From IMG/VR virus record IMGVR_UViG_3300027754_000037: a stretch of DNA of 64,000 nt. The stretch is one strand, 5' to 3'. The position numbers were made by a program, and so were the translations under genes. The notes beneath the pieces are model-generated. The model ran no database searches, was not told the origin of the DNA, and was given only the letters and a program-made list of their open reading frames with translations. Source of the DNA: a virus (lineage: Duplodnaviria > Caudoviricetes). Numbering within the stretch: the stretch's first letter is position 1; the number at the start of each line of letters is the position of its first letter. Positions 45,618 to 55,902 of the stretch are shown here, one piece after another.

Positions 45618-46460
45618 TTAATTCTGAAGGCCTTCATTTTTTTTCCTCATAAAAAGTCTGCCTTTGAATTTTCTTTGAACTTTGCTATGCAGATTTTTTG
45701 AAACTTGATCAAGAAATTTGATGACACCCTCTTTGCCACTTTTAGTAAAAACATTATTCAACACTTTATATTTATCGTTGAAATTATGACCTAAATTATC
45801 ATGCCAGTCATTTGTCGAGAATATTTTTCCATATTTTACGATGATATCATCAATATTGTTTCTTCGGTTAGCCTCAGTCGCTGTCATGGGTTCGATGTCA
45901 TACTGCACCTTTCGAGGCAATACTAGAATCTGAGCGTAGGGCTCGCCTTTTCTGAAAATATATGTTTGCCCCGGCATGGGATTTTTGAAAACTACAAAGA
46001 AAATTTTAGGCCACCATGCCGTTGCCAAATGACCGGGAATGCACAGCGGAGTGGTATGAGTTTCGTCGGTGTAATAGCGGGGATGTGGCTCCAATCTGAG
46101 TATGTGGCCTTCTGGGACCATTATATCAGCACAGGAACTCATGCCGAAATGCCCCGGAGCAAAGATCGAAAAAGGAGGTAGACTTATTTGTGGAACTATT
46201 TTGTGTTTTTCTTGGGAAAAATCTCCTATAAACTTAAGTTCTCCATCGACATATTTAACATGGCATTCCGTATCGAAATTATAAACGAGTTCAAGTCCAT
46301 AAGTGCTTGCTTCAACAAAAGGGGTGCAATGCCAAGCTTGTGGCACATCTCCGTCTGTGTGTCTATTCTGTTCACCGGCCCAACCGGGGATTTGCAATCG
46401 AATTGGTCGAGGCGGTTCCCCTTGATACCAAGTTCTGTATTTGATTGGTATTTTTTCCAC
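45618..46460 (-). CDS. Hypothetical protein, DUF6065/dUTPase-like fold possible
   Basis: WHCTPFVEAS..GLEL; FRKGEPYAQI. Confidence 0.5.
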   Translation of the reverse strand: MEKIPIKYRTWYQGEPPRPIRLQIPGWAGEQNRHTDGDVPQAWHCTPFVEASTYGLELVYNFDTECHVKYVDGELKFIGDFSQEKHKIVPQISLPPFSIFAPGHFGMSSCADIMVPEGHILRLEPHPRYYTDETHTTPLCIPGHLATAWWPKIFFVVFKNPMPGQTYIFRKGEPYAQILVLPRKVQYDIEPMTATEANRRNNIDDIIVKYGKIFSTNDWHDNLGHNFNDKYKVLNNVFTKSGKEGVIKFLDQVSKNLHSKVQRKFKGRLFMRKKNEGLQN

Positions 46461-46498
46461 AATTCAGTCCTTCATGAATACTTACTTGAGGAGTAAAA

Positions 46499-47494
46499 AT
46501 GAGTGCAGATTCGCCAAATCATCAACAAAGAGATTACATCCAATGTGATCCCAAGGCAAGCTTTCCTGATCCGAATCTCGATTCGGCTCCACCTTACTGC
46601 GATCCTGACGGACCTCCGCTCGACAATTTAAGAACAGTAAATGACAAAAGCTACAACTGGCTTCGTGACCAAACCATGAAAAAAACTGGTTTTGGTGCAA
46701 AAGTTGATTGTGATCCGATGCAGCGTGGACAGATAGTCAATGATTTGGAAAATCCCGACAGAGCAGTTTTATACCGATATTCCAAGTCCATTCGTGGCTG
46801 TGATGAGGCCATGCTTGATATGTTCAGAAATGTTGTTGTGATTGATGAGGACGGCAAAGCTTGGCCCATTCCGGTTATGCTTGGACCTCCAGAAAAAGCC
46901 GTGGCTGCTATCATTCAGGACAATGTAAGAAAAGACGAAACTTTGGTCGTTGATAGACTGAAGCTTCCTTTAATGGCGTTGGCGCAAACGAATATAGAAT
47001 ATGATTTGAATCGTTACACATATCACAAAGCTTTGAATTATTACACAAACTTATCAGACGGAAAACCCAGCTTCACGGTTTCGGAAAAATACAACAGAGA
47101 TACGATCTTTGGAATGGCTCGTGGCGTGCCTATAAACATAGGTTACACGCTTACTGCGTGGACAATGTATCGTGAAGATATGAACCAAATTTTGGAACAA
47201 ATTTTAACAAAATTCAGCCAACTAGCCTATATAAGGGTGACAGGCGTACCTTGGGAAACAATTGTTAAGCTAGACTCTCTTGCGAACAACCTGAATGCGG
47301 AACCGGGCGATCAAGCAATAAGAGTGATTAAATACGAATTTAATCTAACTGCTCAAACATATATACCGCAGCCCATTGAGCGCAAGAAAGCGGTGCTGAA
47401 AGTGAAGCTGGACTTCGTGGACGGCATAAGAGATGAACAAATTACTGAAGTGTTGTCAAGAATTGAAGACACAGTAAAGGAACTGGAATGTTAG
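46499..47494 (+). CDS. gp15: Tail terminator/sheath stabilizer (gp15-like)
   Basis: LPLMAL...MARGVPINIGYTLTAWTMYREDMNQILEQIL; upstream of the sheath gene. Confidence 0.75.
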   Translation: MSADSPNHQQRDYIQCDPKASFPDPNLDSAPPYCDPDGPPLDNLRTVNDKSYNWLRDQTMKKTGFGAKVDCDPMQRGQIVNDLENPDRAVLYRYSKSIRGCDEAMLDMFRNVVVIDEDGKAWPIPVMLGPPEKAVAAIIQDNVRKDETLVVDRLKLPLMALAQTNIEYDLNRYTYHKALNYYTNLSDGKPSFTVSEKYNRDTIFGMARGVPINIGYTLTAWTMYREDMNQILEQILTKFSQLAYIRVTGVPWETIVKLDSLANNLNAEPGDQAIRVIKYEFNLTAQTYIPQPIERKKAVLKVKLDFVDGIRDEQITEVLSRIEDTVKELEC

Positions 47495-47709
47495 AGATCG
47501 TTAATAAGCAAAAACATCCTGTACAATTGATTATCAGGTCGAGGAGGGCCACCCGATCTTTTACGACCCTAAATCTTCCGGGGATAGGGTCAGGAAAAAA
47601 TGTTTATCTTTTAGAAGATGAAAGAAAAACTGAATACATAGATAGAGCAGTTAAAGATGGATTGATTTCCATGAAACATACATCAAACAAGTTACGAAAG
47701 GGAGAATAA
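47488..47709 (+). CDS. Small hypothetical protein
   Basis: Coupled 73-aa ORF before the sheath gene. Confidence 0.6.
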   Translation: MLEIVNKQKHPVQLIIRSRRATRSFTTLNLPGIGSGKNVYLLEDERKTEYIDRAVKDGLISMKHTSNKLRKGE

Positions 47710-47713
47710 GACT

Positions 47714-50077
47714 ATGGCGCTTCTAAAAGGCTTCCCGCCTTCTAACACAATTAGTCCAAGTGTTAGGATTACTGAAAAAGACCTGAGCTTTATTGCTCCT
47801 GAGCAGTCTAATCATGTTGCAGGACTTATTGGCTTCGCATCCAAGGGACCAGTCAATCTTCCTACCTTGATTAGCACCAGCCGTCAATTGCACACGGTTT
47901 TTGGCAATCCACACCCCGACACGAGCGATCCATTCCTTATCTACGCTGCCGATCAATACCTTCTGGTCGCAAACCAGTTGTATGTCGTGCGTGTTGCAGA
48001 CACGGATACAGTCAGCGACGAGCAAGCTTTAGTAGCAACTGTCGATGTGCCCGCTGCTGGTACTGTTGCCGAACTCGAGTCTGACACGGCTGGCCCTTAC
48101 ACCTTTGATGAGGATTCCTTCTTTAGGTGGAAACTCAACGGTGTATTGTCTACAAAAACTCTCGTAGTTCTAGCAGGAACTTACACCACCGAAGAAGTCG
48201 AGATTGCCCTGAACGAGCAACTTGATCTGATCAATGATGGCATTGAGTTCTTTGTAAGCGGAACAGACACATTGGGTGTCAGAAGTTTGTGGGCATATGG
48301 CCCTTTCGCCTCTTTGGAACTTGTTTCCATCCAGAACGCCATTTATGGCGGTGAAGTTGACGATAGCGTTGACTTGACCGATGGCGACATCCGCAATAAT
48401 CCGACTGGATTGGGTACTGCAATGACGAGAGCTATGACCACCACGGGAACAGCTTTGTCTTTTGATTTGATCATATCGGACTCTCCAACTATTGATTTGG
48501 TTCTGGACGGAACCGACAATATCTTGATTGACCAAGTAGTCCAGTCTTTAGAATTGACCAACGACACCTACACCACCATTGACGACCTTGTCACTATGAT
48601 TAACGGTCTTTTGGTCAGCGAAGGTGGCGATCTGATTGGTGGATGGCACGCTGTTGCGGTTGGCGACAACCTACGCTTTGTGACGGATCATCATGGCAAA
48701 GATGCCAGAATCAGAGTAAAGCCCAGCAGCACAGCAATCACCAGTTTGAGCAATCCATTTGATTTTGATACTCTGACTCACAGCGGAACCAGTCCTTCTG
48801 GCGCTGCCGATGATGTTGCTGGAACCAGCAGCTTCGGAGTCGTGTATGGAGCAAATAATACAAGTGGCGATGTTAGCTTCACCCTGTCTGCTGACTCTCC
48901 CGGTATTGATGGCAACTACACCAAGGTTAAGATTAGCACCAGCAGCTACGACCAGACCTTCATTTTCGAGGTTTATAATAACGATGTGCAAGTTGAGTCT
49001 TGGGGTCGTCTGACCAAGGACACAGCAAGCCGATTTTATCTTGAGACCTACATGGCTCTGGTTTCGGATTACATCCGTGTTCTTGACAACACGGCGATCC
49101 TAGCAGGTCCCCTGAACGGCGAATACGACCTGACAGGTGGATCAGACGGTATCCCTTCTGATCCTGACGGTCAAGATGTTCTGCTCGCAGGAAGTCCTTT
49201 GGCATACACCGGCATCTACTGTCTCAGCGAGCCTGAGCAAGTTGATATTGATCTCATCGCAATTCCCGGCCACTCCAGCACCGCAATCGTGCAGGAACTC
49301 TTGGCCTTCTGCCGTGATACTCGCCAAGACTGCTTGGCAATCATTGACTCTCCTTTCGGCCTGACCGTAAAAGAAGTTGTCGCATGGCAAAATGGTACAC
49401 ATCCTCTGAACACCACCAAATTCGACAGCGATTTCGGCGCTCTGTTCTGGCCTTGGGTCAAACTGTATGACCCATACAACAAGGTTGATGTGTGGTGTCC
49501 TCCCAGCGGTTCGGTGCTCGCAACCATCGCTCGTAGCGACTTCTTGAGCGCACCTTGGTTCGCACCCGCTGGTTTGAACCGTGGCGTTGTGCCCAACATC
49601 ACAGATGTCTACAGCCGTCCTACTTTGCAAGAGCGGGACTTGATGTATGGCAATCGCAACTGCGTCAACCCGATTGTGAACTTTGTGGATGTCGGTGGCT
49701 TTGTGATCTTCGGCCAGAAGACCTTGCAGAGAACGCCTACGGCTCTGGACCGCATTAATGTTCGTCGTCTGATGTTCTACATCGAGAAGAGAATTCGCAA
49801 GGCCAGCCGTGGCTTGCTGTTCAATCCTAACGACGATATTTTCCGCAACAGGTTCGTGAGCATTGCTACTCAAATTCTCAATGAAGTAAAGATTGGTCGT
49901 GGCTTGACTGATTTCATAATCAAGGCAGACACAGAGCTCAATACTCCCGATGTGATTGATCGCAACGAGTTCCGTGCTCGTATCGGCGTGCAACCCACAA
50001 GGGCAGCGGAATTTATGTTCATCGAGTTCTCGATTCACAGAACGGGAAGCTTCGCTGAAGACGCAGCTACTTTCTAA
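47714..50077 (+). CDS. gp18: Contractile tail sheath protein (gp18-like)
   Basis: SPSVRITEKDLS, GFASKGP, PWFAPAGLNRG, GQKTL, RINVRRL and QPTRAAEFMFIEF. Confidence 0.97.
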   Translation: MALLKGFPPSNTISPSVRITEKDLSFIAPEQSNHVAGLIGFASKGPVNLPTLISTSRQLHTVFGNPHPDTSDPFLIYAADQYLLVANQLYVVRVADTDTVSDEQALVATVDVPAAGTVAELESDTAGPYTFDEDSFFRWKLNGVLSTKTLVVLAGTYTTEEVEIALNEQLDLINDGIEFFVSGTDTLGVRSLWAYGPFASLELVSIQNAIYGGEVDDSVDLTDGDIRNNPTGLGTAMTRAMTTTGTALSFDLIISDSPTIDLVLDGTDNILIDQVVQSLELTNDTYTTIDDLVTMINGLLVSEGGDLIGGWHAVAVGDNLRFVTDHHGKDARIRVKPSSTAITSLSNPFDFDTLTHSGTSPSGAADDVAGTSSFGVVYGANNTSGDVSFTLSADSPGIDGNYTKVKISTSSYDQTFIFEVYNNDVQVESWGRLTKDTASRFYLETYMALVSDYIRVLDNTAILAGPLNGEYDLTGGSDGIPSDPDGQDVLLAGSPLAYTGIYCLSEPEQVDIDLIAIPGHSSTAIVQELLAFCRDTRQDCLAIIDSPFGLTVKEVVAWQNGTHPLNTTKFDSDFGALFWPWVKLYDPYNKVDVWCPPSGSVLATIARSDFLSAPWFAPAGLNRGVVPNITDVYSRPTLQERDLMYGNRNCVNPIVNFVDVGGFVIFGQKTLQRTPTALDRINVRRLMFYIEKRIRKASRGLLFNPNDDIFRNRFVSIATQILNEVKIGRGLTDFIIKADTELNTPDVIDRNEFRARIGVQPTRAAEFMFIEFSIHRTGSFAEDAATF

Positions 50078-50108
50078 TTTAGATTAACGATAAAGGAGAT
50101 TTTGAATC

Positions 50109-50747
50109 ATGGCACTAGAAAACAATCAACCAATGGGCATGGGTCAACTAGGTGGCTCAGGTCTTATCTTCAAAAGGAAGTACCGCTGGACATTCAAGGT
50201 GGACTGTAGCTGCGGTTTTGGCGAAATCCCCGAGTATTTCGTCAAGCTGGCTTCTCGCCCTAACTTGACGATTGAAGAGCAGGAAATCAACTACTTGCAT
50301 GGCAAGATGTGGATTCCCGGCAAGGGCTCGTGGGAAACCATCACCGTAACCTATTACGACATCGCTGGACCCGACGCTGTTCAAGGCATGACCACGCTGT
50401 TTAGCTGGTTGGCAACGGTGTATGACTTCACCGATCCTGTCGGTCTCAAGCAGTCTTCCATCCGTGGTATTCCCGGTGGTGGCAATATTAACGCAAACGC
50501 CGCAACCCCCAACAATCGTGCTGGTGGCTACTCCGCAAGAGGAACCCTGCAACTGTTTGACGGTTGCGGACAACCTGTGGAAAGGTGGACTCTGGACAAC
50601 ATGTGGCCTCAAGCTGTTAACTTTGGCGAGCTCGATTATTCAAGCTCTGAAGAAGTTACCCTTGAATTGACTCTACGCTATAGCGAAGTCAAGTACGAAC
50701 CCCTCTGTGGTGGTTCGGTCAAGCCCTGCTGCGTTGGATGCGGTTAA
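50109..50747 (+). CDS. gp19: Tail tube protein (gp19-like)
   Basis: ASRPNLTIEE, WETITVTYYD, WPQAVNFGELDYSS and LTLRYS; directly after the sheath gene. Confidence 0.9.
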   Translation: MALENNQPMGMGQLGGSGLIFKRKYRWTFKVDCSCGFGEIPEYFVKLASRPNLTIEEQEINYLHGKMWIPGKGSWETITVTYYDIAGPDAVQGMTTLFSWLATVYDFTDPVGLKQSSIRGIPGGGNINANAATPNNRAGGYSARGTLQLFDGCGQPVERWTLDNMWPQAVNFGELDYSSSEEVTLELTLRYSEVKYEPLCGGSVKPCCVGCG

Positions 50748-50763
50748 TATTTATTTAAAAATT

Positions 50764-50805
50764 AAACGGGCCTTGTATATTAGAATATACAAGGTCCGTT
50801 TTTTT
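50764..50805 (+). terminator. Intrinsic terminator between the tube paralogs
   Basis: AAACGGGCCTTGTATATT-AG-AATATACAAGGTCCGTTT plus T tract. Confidence 0.85.
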
Positions 50806-50821
50806 ATGAAAGGATAACGGC

Positions 50822-51364
50822 ATGGCAGAAAATATGGGTTTTGGATTTGGACTTAATGGTCCGAATACCATCTATAAAAGAAAGCATCGTTGGCTTTTAA
50901 AAATTCCAGATGTTTCCGCTGAAGGAATTGACACCTTACCTCCGCAAAAGAGTGCAAGGCCATCCTTATCTTTCAAGGAAATTGAAGCTCAACATCTTAC
51001 TGAAACAGTCTATTTCCCCGGTAAACCAGACTGGAAGCCTATTCCTCTTACCTTATATGAATTAAAAAAACCAAACAGACATCCTGTTTGGGATTGGTTA
51101 TCCAATCCCAAATACGGCTGGACTTATGCTCCAGACAGAAAAAGTGAATTTCAGCCATCTTGCGATGGATTCAAAAAACAAAAAGCCCGTCTTGAAATGT
51201 ATGACGGTTTTGGAGACACCATCGAAACATGGATTTTTGAGTCTGTTTGGTTTAACGATATTCAGTTCGGCGACCTTGATATGACAGATAGTGGTATCGT
51301 TATGTGCGAACTTACTCTTCGTTACGACAGAGCGTACTGGCAACAAGGTTGTATACGAAAATAA
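50822..51364 (+). CDS. Second tube-fold protein (gp19/gp54-like)
   Basis: SARPSLSFKE, FPGKPDWKPI, IQFGDLD and LTLRYD. Confidence 0.85.
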   Translation: MAENMGFGFGLNGPNTIYKRKHRWLLKIPDVSAEGIDTLPPQKSARPSLSFKEIEAQHLTETVYFPGKPDWKPIPLTLYELKKPNRHPVWDWLSNPKYGWTYAPDRKSEFQPSCDGFKKQKARLEMYDGFGDTIETWIFESVWFNDIQFGDLDMTDSGIVMCELTLRYDRAYWQQGCIRK

Positions 51365-51622
51365 TTATTCTTCCGTGCCCTCAACATGTAACTCGTTTCT
51401 CAATAACTCTTGACAAGCTTTAATATGATCTTCGAGGTCTTTAGGTTTGCATTTGAGAACACGACAGGCTCCGCTTTTGTTCAATCTCCCCTTCTTGGTA
51501 TAAACTTTAGCATCATTTAACAAAAAGGCATCAACAAGTTTTCCGTAACCGCTGTCGATAAGTTTCTGAATCAGTTCTTGATTTTCAATTTGCTCAAATG
51601 AGCTTTTTGCTTGTTTGGTCAT
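51365..51622 (-). CDS. Small HTH-like protein downstream of the late sigma factor
   Basis: SD GGCGG before ATG 51622; RLNKSGACRVLKCKPKDL. Confidence 0.6.
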   Translation of the reverse strand: MTKQAKSSFEQIENQELIQKLIDSGYGKLVDAFLLNDAKVYTKKGRLNKSGACRVLKCKPKDLEDHIKACQELLRNELHVEGTEE

Positions 51623-51702
51623 ATTTCCGCCATAAATAAAAAGCCAAAGTAAGTTATCTACTTTGGCTAGTGAATCTATTATACCCGATAATGTCTCTAA
51701 TA

Positions 51703-52251
51703 TCAAGGATCGCTAACTATATTATGTCTTTTGTAAAGATTTTTAGTTTTTATAGCTGGTAATTTTTGATCCATTTGTATTTGCACAAAGTCAAGATATT
51801 TTCTTTTTAATTCGTTATAATTGCGAGCAGTTCGATAAAGTTGTCTAAAATGGTTCAGAATACAAGTTGTCATATAATTGAAAGCTTTGCCTTTTTTAGG
51901 ATCAAAGCGATCAATTTTTTCAAAGCAGATCATGACACCCTCTTGAATGGCATCGTCTTGATCAATTAAATTAAACTTAGCATATCGAACGATGTTTTGG
52001 GACAGGGTATAAAAAGCAAGCGCAAGCTCATCTTGAACCCCGTGATAATTGCTAGATATGAGTCTAAAATCCTGTTCAACAACAATCCAAGCCGAGGGTT
52101 TTTGGTATTTTCCTCGTTTCATGGTCCTTTGCTGAGTTCCAATGATATCATCCATGAGGAGTTGACATTTGATTCTTTCTTTCTTGGTTTTCTGGAATTT
52201 CACTATCAAAGCTTCAAATGTTCTGTTGTTTAAATATTCTGTCGCCATCAA
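51703..52251 (-). CDS. gp55: Late-transcription sigma factor (T4 gp55-like)
   Basis: YLNNRTF, DDAIQEGVMICFEKIDRFDPKK and AFNYMTTCILNHF. Confidence 0.85.
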   Translation of the reverse strand: MMATEYLNNRTFEALIVKFQKTKKERIKCQLLMDDIIGTQQRTMKRGKYQKPSAWIVVEQDFRLISSNYHGVQDELALAFYTLSQNIVRYAKFNLIDQDDAIQEGVMICFEKIDRFDPKKGKAFNYMTTCILNHFRQLYRTARNYNELKRKYLDFVQIQMDQKLPAIKTKNLYKRHNIVSDP

Positions 52252-52284
52252 ACTCCTTGGGGGTAACGGTATCAGCGAAACTAT

Positions 52285-52485
52285 ATGTATATCATGGAAC
52301 TAATGCAAATTTTAGCAAACATTTTGGAAAAACCTGAAGTTCCTAGATTTTATCGTGAGCTACAATCATATTGCAACAATAACAATATGACAGAAGAATC
52401 TCAAGCTATAGCTTTCTTAATAGAGAAAAAATTCGAGAAAAAAAATGAAGTCCCCGCTGACAATCAGCATATTGGTGAAAAATAA
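52285..52485 (+). CDS. Small hypothetical protein
   Basis: 66-aa ORF. Confidence 0.5.
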   Translation: MYIMELMQILANILEKPEVPRFYRELQSYCNNNNMTEESQAIAFLIEKKFEKKNEVPADNQHIGEK

Positions 52486-53404
52486 CGCAGACACTATTCA
52501 AAGTTGTCTTGATTCTATAGCTTTTTTAAATTGCACAATTCAAATAGGTGATTTAGGATGCACCGATGAAACAATCAACAAATCTCTGATTCACAAGCCA
52601 GAAATAATCAGACTATCCTGCAACGATGATCTTTCGGCAGCAAGAAATGAACTTATTTCCAGATGTAAAACTGAATGGCTTTTCATTCTGAATCCTTATG
52701 AAACGCTTTTATCGGGCGCTGATATTTTTTTGAATTGCATTTCTGGTCCATCAGAAATTTATAAAGTCTGCGTTTTGCAAAATGATTTGATCACCAAGGA
52801 AACCAGACTTTGGCATAAAAATAAAAACTTGCAATTCAAAAACCCCATATACGAAACAGTTGGCAGTAAAGGGAATCAAACACAAATTTTCTTGAATTCA
52901 GCAAATAAAAAAAACAAGATTGATGCTTTGCAAATTTGTAAAAAATGGATGATCAAAAGCCCTATAAGTCCTGATCCTTTGTACTATATGGCCTGTGCCT
53001 GTCTGACAAAACAAAATTGGGACTCATTTTTGAATTATGCAGAACAATATTTGCATCAAGAAACAAAAATGGAAATGTCTTTTTACATGACTCATTACTA
53101 TTTGGCGTTGGTTAATTGCTATGTGAAAAAGGATTACACAAAAGCCTTGCAATCTGTTTTTTTATGTATTGCAAAAAAACCAATCATGGCAGAATTTTGG
53201 TGCCTTCTAGGAGATGTGTATTATGCTCTGAATGATTATGAAAAAGCTTTTCAATTTTTTCAAAATGGATTAATTATTGGGAAAAAAAGAAGAATGGATT
53301 GTGAGTGGTTTATGGAAATTTCAAAATACGAAGAGTATCCAAAAAAAATGATGGAGGCTTGCGCTTCCATCAAAAAACAAACATCTTTGTATGTGTCTCA
53401 GTAA
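52445..53404 (+). CDS. GT2-like glycosyltransferase with C-terminal TPRs
   Basis: ISILVKNNADTIQSCLDSI, DLGCTD, SAARN and WLFILN; TPR tail. Confidence 0.75.
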   Translation: MKSPLTISILVKNNADTIQSCLDSIAFLNCTIQIGDLGCTDETINKSLIHKPEIIRLSCNDDLSAARNELISRCKTEWLFILNPYETLLSGADIFLNCISGPSEIYKVCVLQNDLITKETRLWHKNKNLQFKNPIYETVGSKGNQTQIFLNSANKKNKIDALQICKKWMIKSPISPDPLYYMACACLTKQNWDSFLNYAEQYLHQETKMEMSFYMTHYYLALVNCYVKKDYTKALQSVFLCIAKKPIMAEFWCLLGDVYYALNDYEKAFQFFQNGLIIGKKRRMDCEWFMEISKYEEYPKKMMEACASIKKQTSLYVSQ

Positions 53405-53778
53405 ATAATATCCAATTCATTTACAATCACGGTGACCACATCTTCATAACGAGACATTGCGATTTGTTTTCTTCCGGGTGCAAGCTTTCTGAGTTTTGCT
53501 TCTAATTCATCGATTTTGCAATTGATTACTGTCCAGTTGTTGTCTGCTAATTTTTTGATTTCTTCATCAAGTTGAGATACGGGCCTGCCGGGATAATACT
53601 GTTGGATTTGCTGTTTCGCCTCGTTCATGACCTTCTTGTAGATGGGCATATTGCAGGCACAGCCCGGATTGTTCAAAAATTTATTGATATCCTCTTTGAA
53701 ATTTTCAGGCAAACTGTCCCTGAATCTTTTATCTCTCAGAGCTTGTTTCACATCCATCAAGGTAATGGGTCTACTCAT
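53398..53778 (-). CDS. Hypothetical protein
   Basis: 126-aa ORF; CAC motif. Confidence 0.65.
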   Translation of the reverse strand: MSRPITLMDVKQALRDKRFRDSLPENFKEDINKFLNNPGCACNMPIYKKVMNEAKQQIQQYYPGRPVSQLDEEIKKLADNNWTVINCKIDELEAKLRKLAPGRKQIAMSRYEDVVTVIVNELDIIY

Positions 53779-54031
53779 TTGTCTCCTCTACTCTTTGATC
53801 TGGATCAAAGGCACGAACCATATAACCACACTTGGGGCATTTGAAATACTTTTGTCTTTTTAAATCTGGTGGAACTACTGCTTTATTGGTCAATGGATCA
53901 AACTTTGGAGAGGCACGGGGAATATCGCTCCTTTTTACTGGAACCAAGTCACCCAAGTCATATCCGTCAGTAAATCGTTTGTAATCGCATTGATTACAAT
54001 GCATTACAAAAATCTTTTTGTCAGGATTCAT
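53771..54031 (-). CDS. Small Zn-ribbon protein
   Basis: CNQC and CPKC; probable start MNPDKK. Confidence 0.6.
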   Translation of the reverse strand: MNPDKKIFVMHCNQCDYKRFTDGYDLGDLVPVKRSDIPRASPKFDPLTNKAVVPPDLKRQKYFKCPKCGYMVRAFDPDQRVEETNE

Positions 54032-54398
54032 TGGTTTGATTTTGATTTTGATTGCTGGGGGTGGTATCCATCGGGAAATTAAGCACAGTTTGCGCCTCAA
54101 TCCAATTCAAGACAACAGCAGCAAAGTTTGCGATAAATCCTCCTGCACATCCACAAGCGAAAATCTCAAATGGGTTTTGACTCAACCAAACCCATCCCAT
54201 GAAAAAACCGCACCAAGTGCCAGAACACATATAACAGTCTACAACACCTCCCAATTTAGGCACCTTGACTGCCGTGGCGCATCTTTTCACCAAGTCTCGA
54301 AACCATTGAAGAATAGTTCCATCAACAACGATATGGCTCATGCCAACTGTGCTCAACACATACAACAAAAATGCAACTACCATAACGATCATCTCCAA
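54021..54398 (-). CDS. DUF1360-like membrane protein
   Basis: Three hydrophobic segments; GVVDCYMCSGTW. Confidence 0.65.
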   Translation of the reverse strand: MEMIVMVVAFLLYVLSTVGMSHIVVDGTILQWFRDLVKRCATAVKVPKLGGVVDCYMCSGTWCGFFMGWVWLSQNPFEIFACGCAGGFIANFAAVVLNWIEAQTVLNFPMDTTPSNQNQNQTNES

Positions 54399-54748
54399 AA
54401 GGTTACTTTTATTTCTTCGCCTTTTCTATAAAGGCAGAAGTCTTTATACTCTGAAAATTCGCAAAGCCGCTCTTCATCAGTCTCATTAAAATCATAATGA
54501 TCAACAAGTTTGTGATTCAACTTGTTTATTTCAATATCTTCTTTCAAAAAATTACGAATTCTATCGATATGTTCTGATTGCAGGATGTTTAGTAGGTCTG
54601 CGATGCTTTTTTTCCCAAGCATTTGCAGACCGGGAATCCTATAGGACATTTCCCATTGGTCAAAAATATATTTTAATTCCGGCAGCAATGCACGGATTTC
54701 TTTGTTCATAAAAATTTTTTGTTCAATATTTTTTAGATTTATTTCCAT
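54389..54748 (-). CDS. Hypothetical protein
   Basis: 119-aa ORF coupled to the downstream gene. Confidence 0.6.
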   Translation of the reverse strand: MEINLKNIEQKIFMNKEIRALLPELKYIFDQWEMSYRIPGLQMLGKKSIADLLNILQSEHIDRIRNFLKEDIEINKLNHKLVDHYDFNETDEERLCEFSEYKDFCLYRKGEEIKVTFWR

Positions 54749-54816
54749 GATACTATGAATAATTTAACCGCAGAAGGACACTTAGAATTAAGTGAGTATC
54801 CCAAGGAGATAAAAAA

Positions 54817-55902
54817 ATGGCAGATGACACTTTTCGCCCACGCAAGTTTGAAGAAACGACCCCCAACGATCCAGTCGATATGGCACAGCAGATGCGTCAA
54901 CAGGTCAATCCTGAAGCAGCCTCTGAAAATCCTGTTCAAGGCGCATTCAATATTCAAGGAAATGTTCCGCCAGCTTTTCAGGCAGCTTTAAGCGCAGCCA
55001 GAGGCGATTCGCCAAAAGAGCCCAAGCGTGGTTTTGGAAAAATGAGCACAGGCGGTGAGAGTCCAGTTGCCGCCAAACTTCAAAACTCTGGTTTGTCTGC
55101 TACTAGCCATCTTCAGGAACTTCTTCAAGGCCTGCGTGAAAACAAAACCATCTACGAAGAACTCGAATTGCCTTCTAAGGGCAAGTTCTACAATGGCGAA
55201 GACGGCCCTTTAAATGGCGTTATCTCCATTCGTGCTATGACCGGTGAGGAAGAGCAAATTCTTGCTACTCCCCGATTCGTCCGCAAGGGCCAAGCAATCA
55301 ACATGATTTTTCAAAAGTGCATCAAGGAGAGTTTCCGACCAGAGAACCTCTTGACGATTGATAGAACCTATCTCCTTATTTACCTGCGTGGTATTTCCTA
55401 CAGCCCAGAATATGAAGTTGAAATTAAGTGCCCCGAGTGCGAAAAGAAGTTCAGTACCACAATTGACTTGAATAGCCTTTATGTTGAGTCTTGTCCCAGC
55501 GAATATGGACCCAATCTTCAAGATGTACTCCCCAACAGCAAGCTTCCTTTTACCTACAGATTATCAACAGGCAAAGATGAGCAAGACATTCAGGAACACA
55601 GGGATCGTCGCCTCAAGGCTTTCGGTGATGCTAGCGCTGATGATACTTTGATTTACAGAACTGCACAGCTATTGCTTGACATCGATGGAATTACGGACAA
55701 GCAAGAACTTCAAGTCCTCCTCAAAAACCTTCCAATCAATGATGTCGCCTACATTAGAAGTTTGGTAAATGAACCTCCATTTGGTGTTGATACCAGCATT
55801 GAAATGGTTTGTGGCAGTTGCCTTCAAGAGTTTGATATCGACTTACCCCTTGAAGCAAATTTTTTCTTCCCCCGGCGCAAGAAGGTGAAGACCCAAGTCT
55901 AG
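54817..55902 (+). CDS. gp26: Baseplate hub / tail assembly protein (gp26-like)
   Basis: YEELELPSKGKFY, IRAMTGEEEQIL, LLIYLRGISY, CPEC...CGSC and ANFF; SD AAGGAG. Confidence 0.8.
   Translation: MADDTFRPRKFEETTPNDPVDMAQQMRQQVNPEAASENPVQGAFNIQGNVPPAFQAALSAARGDSPKEPKRGFGKMSTGGESPVAAKLQNSGLSATSHLQELLQGLRENKTIYEELELPSKGKFYNGEDGPLNGVISIRAMTGEEEQILATPRFVRKGQAINMIFQKCIKESFRPENLLTIDRTYLLIYLRGISYSPEYEVEIKCPECEKKFSTTIDLNSLYVESCPSEYGPNLQDVLPNSKLPFTYRLSTGKDEQDIQEHRDRRLKAFGDASADDTLIYRTAQLLLDIDGITDKQELQVLLKNLPINDVAYIRSLVNEPPFGVDTSIEMVCGSCLQEFDIDLPLEANFFFPRRKKVKTQV

Noticed and set aside
49142-50038. 298-aa minus-strand ORF
   Set aside because: Antisense to the conserved sheath C-terminus; RNY codon bias explains the open frame
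47714-50077. Intein or intron in the long sheath gene
   Set aside because: No intein terminal motifs or frame break; extra length looks like ordinary beta-rich insertion domains
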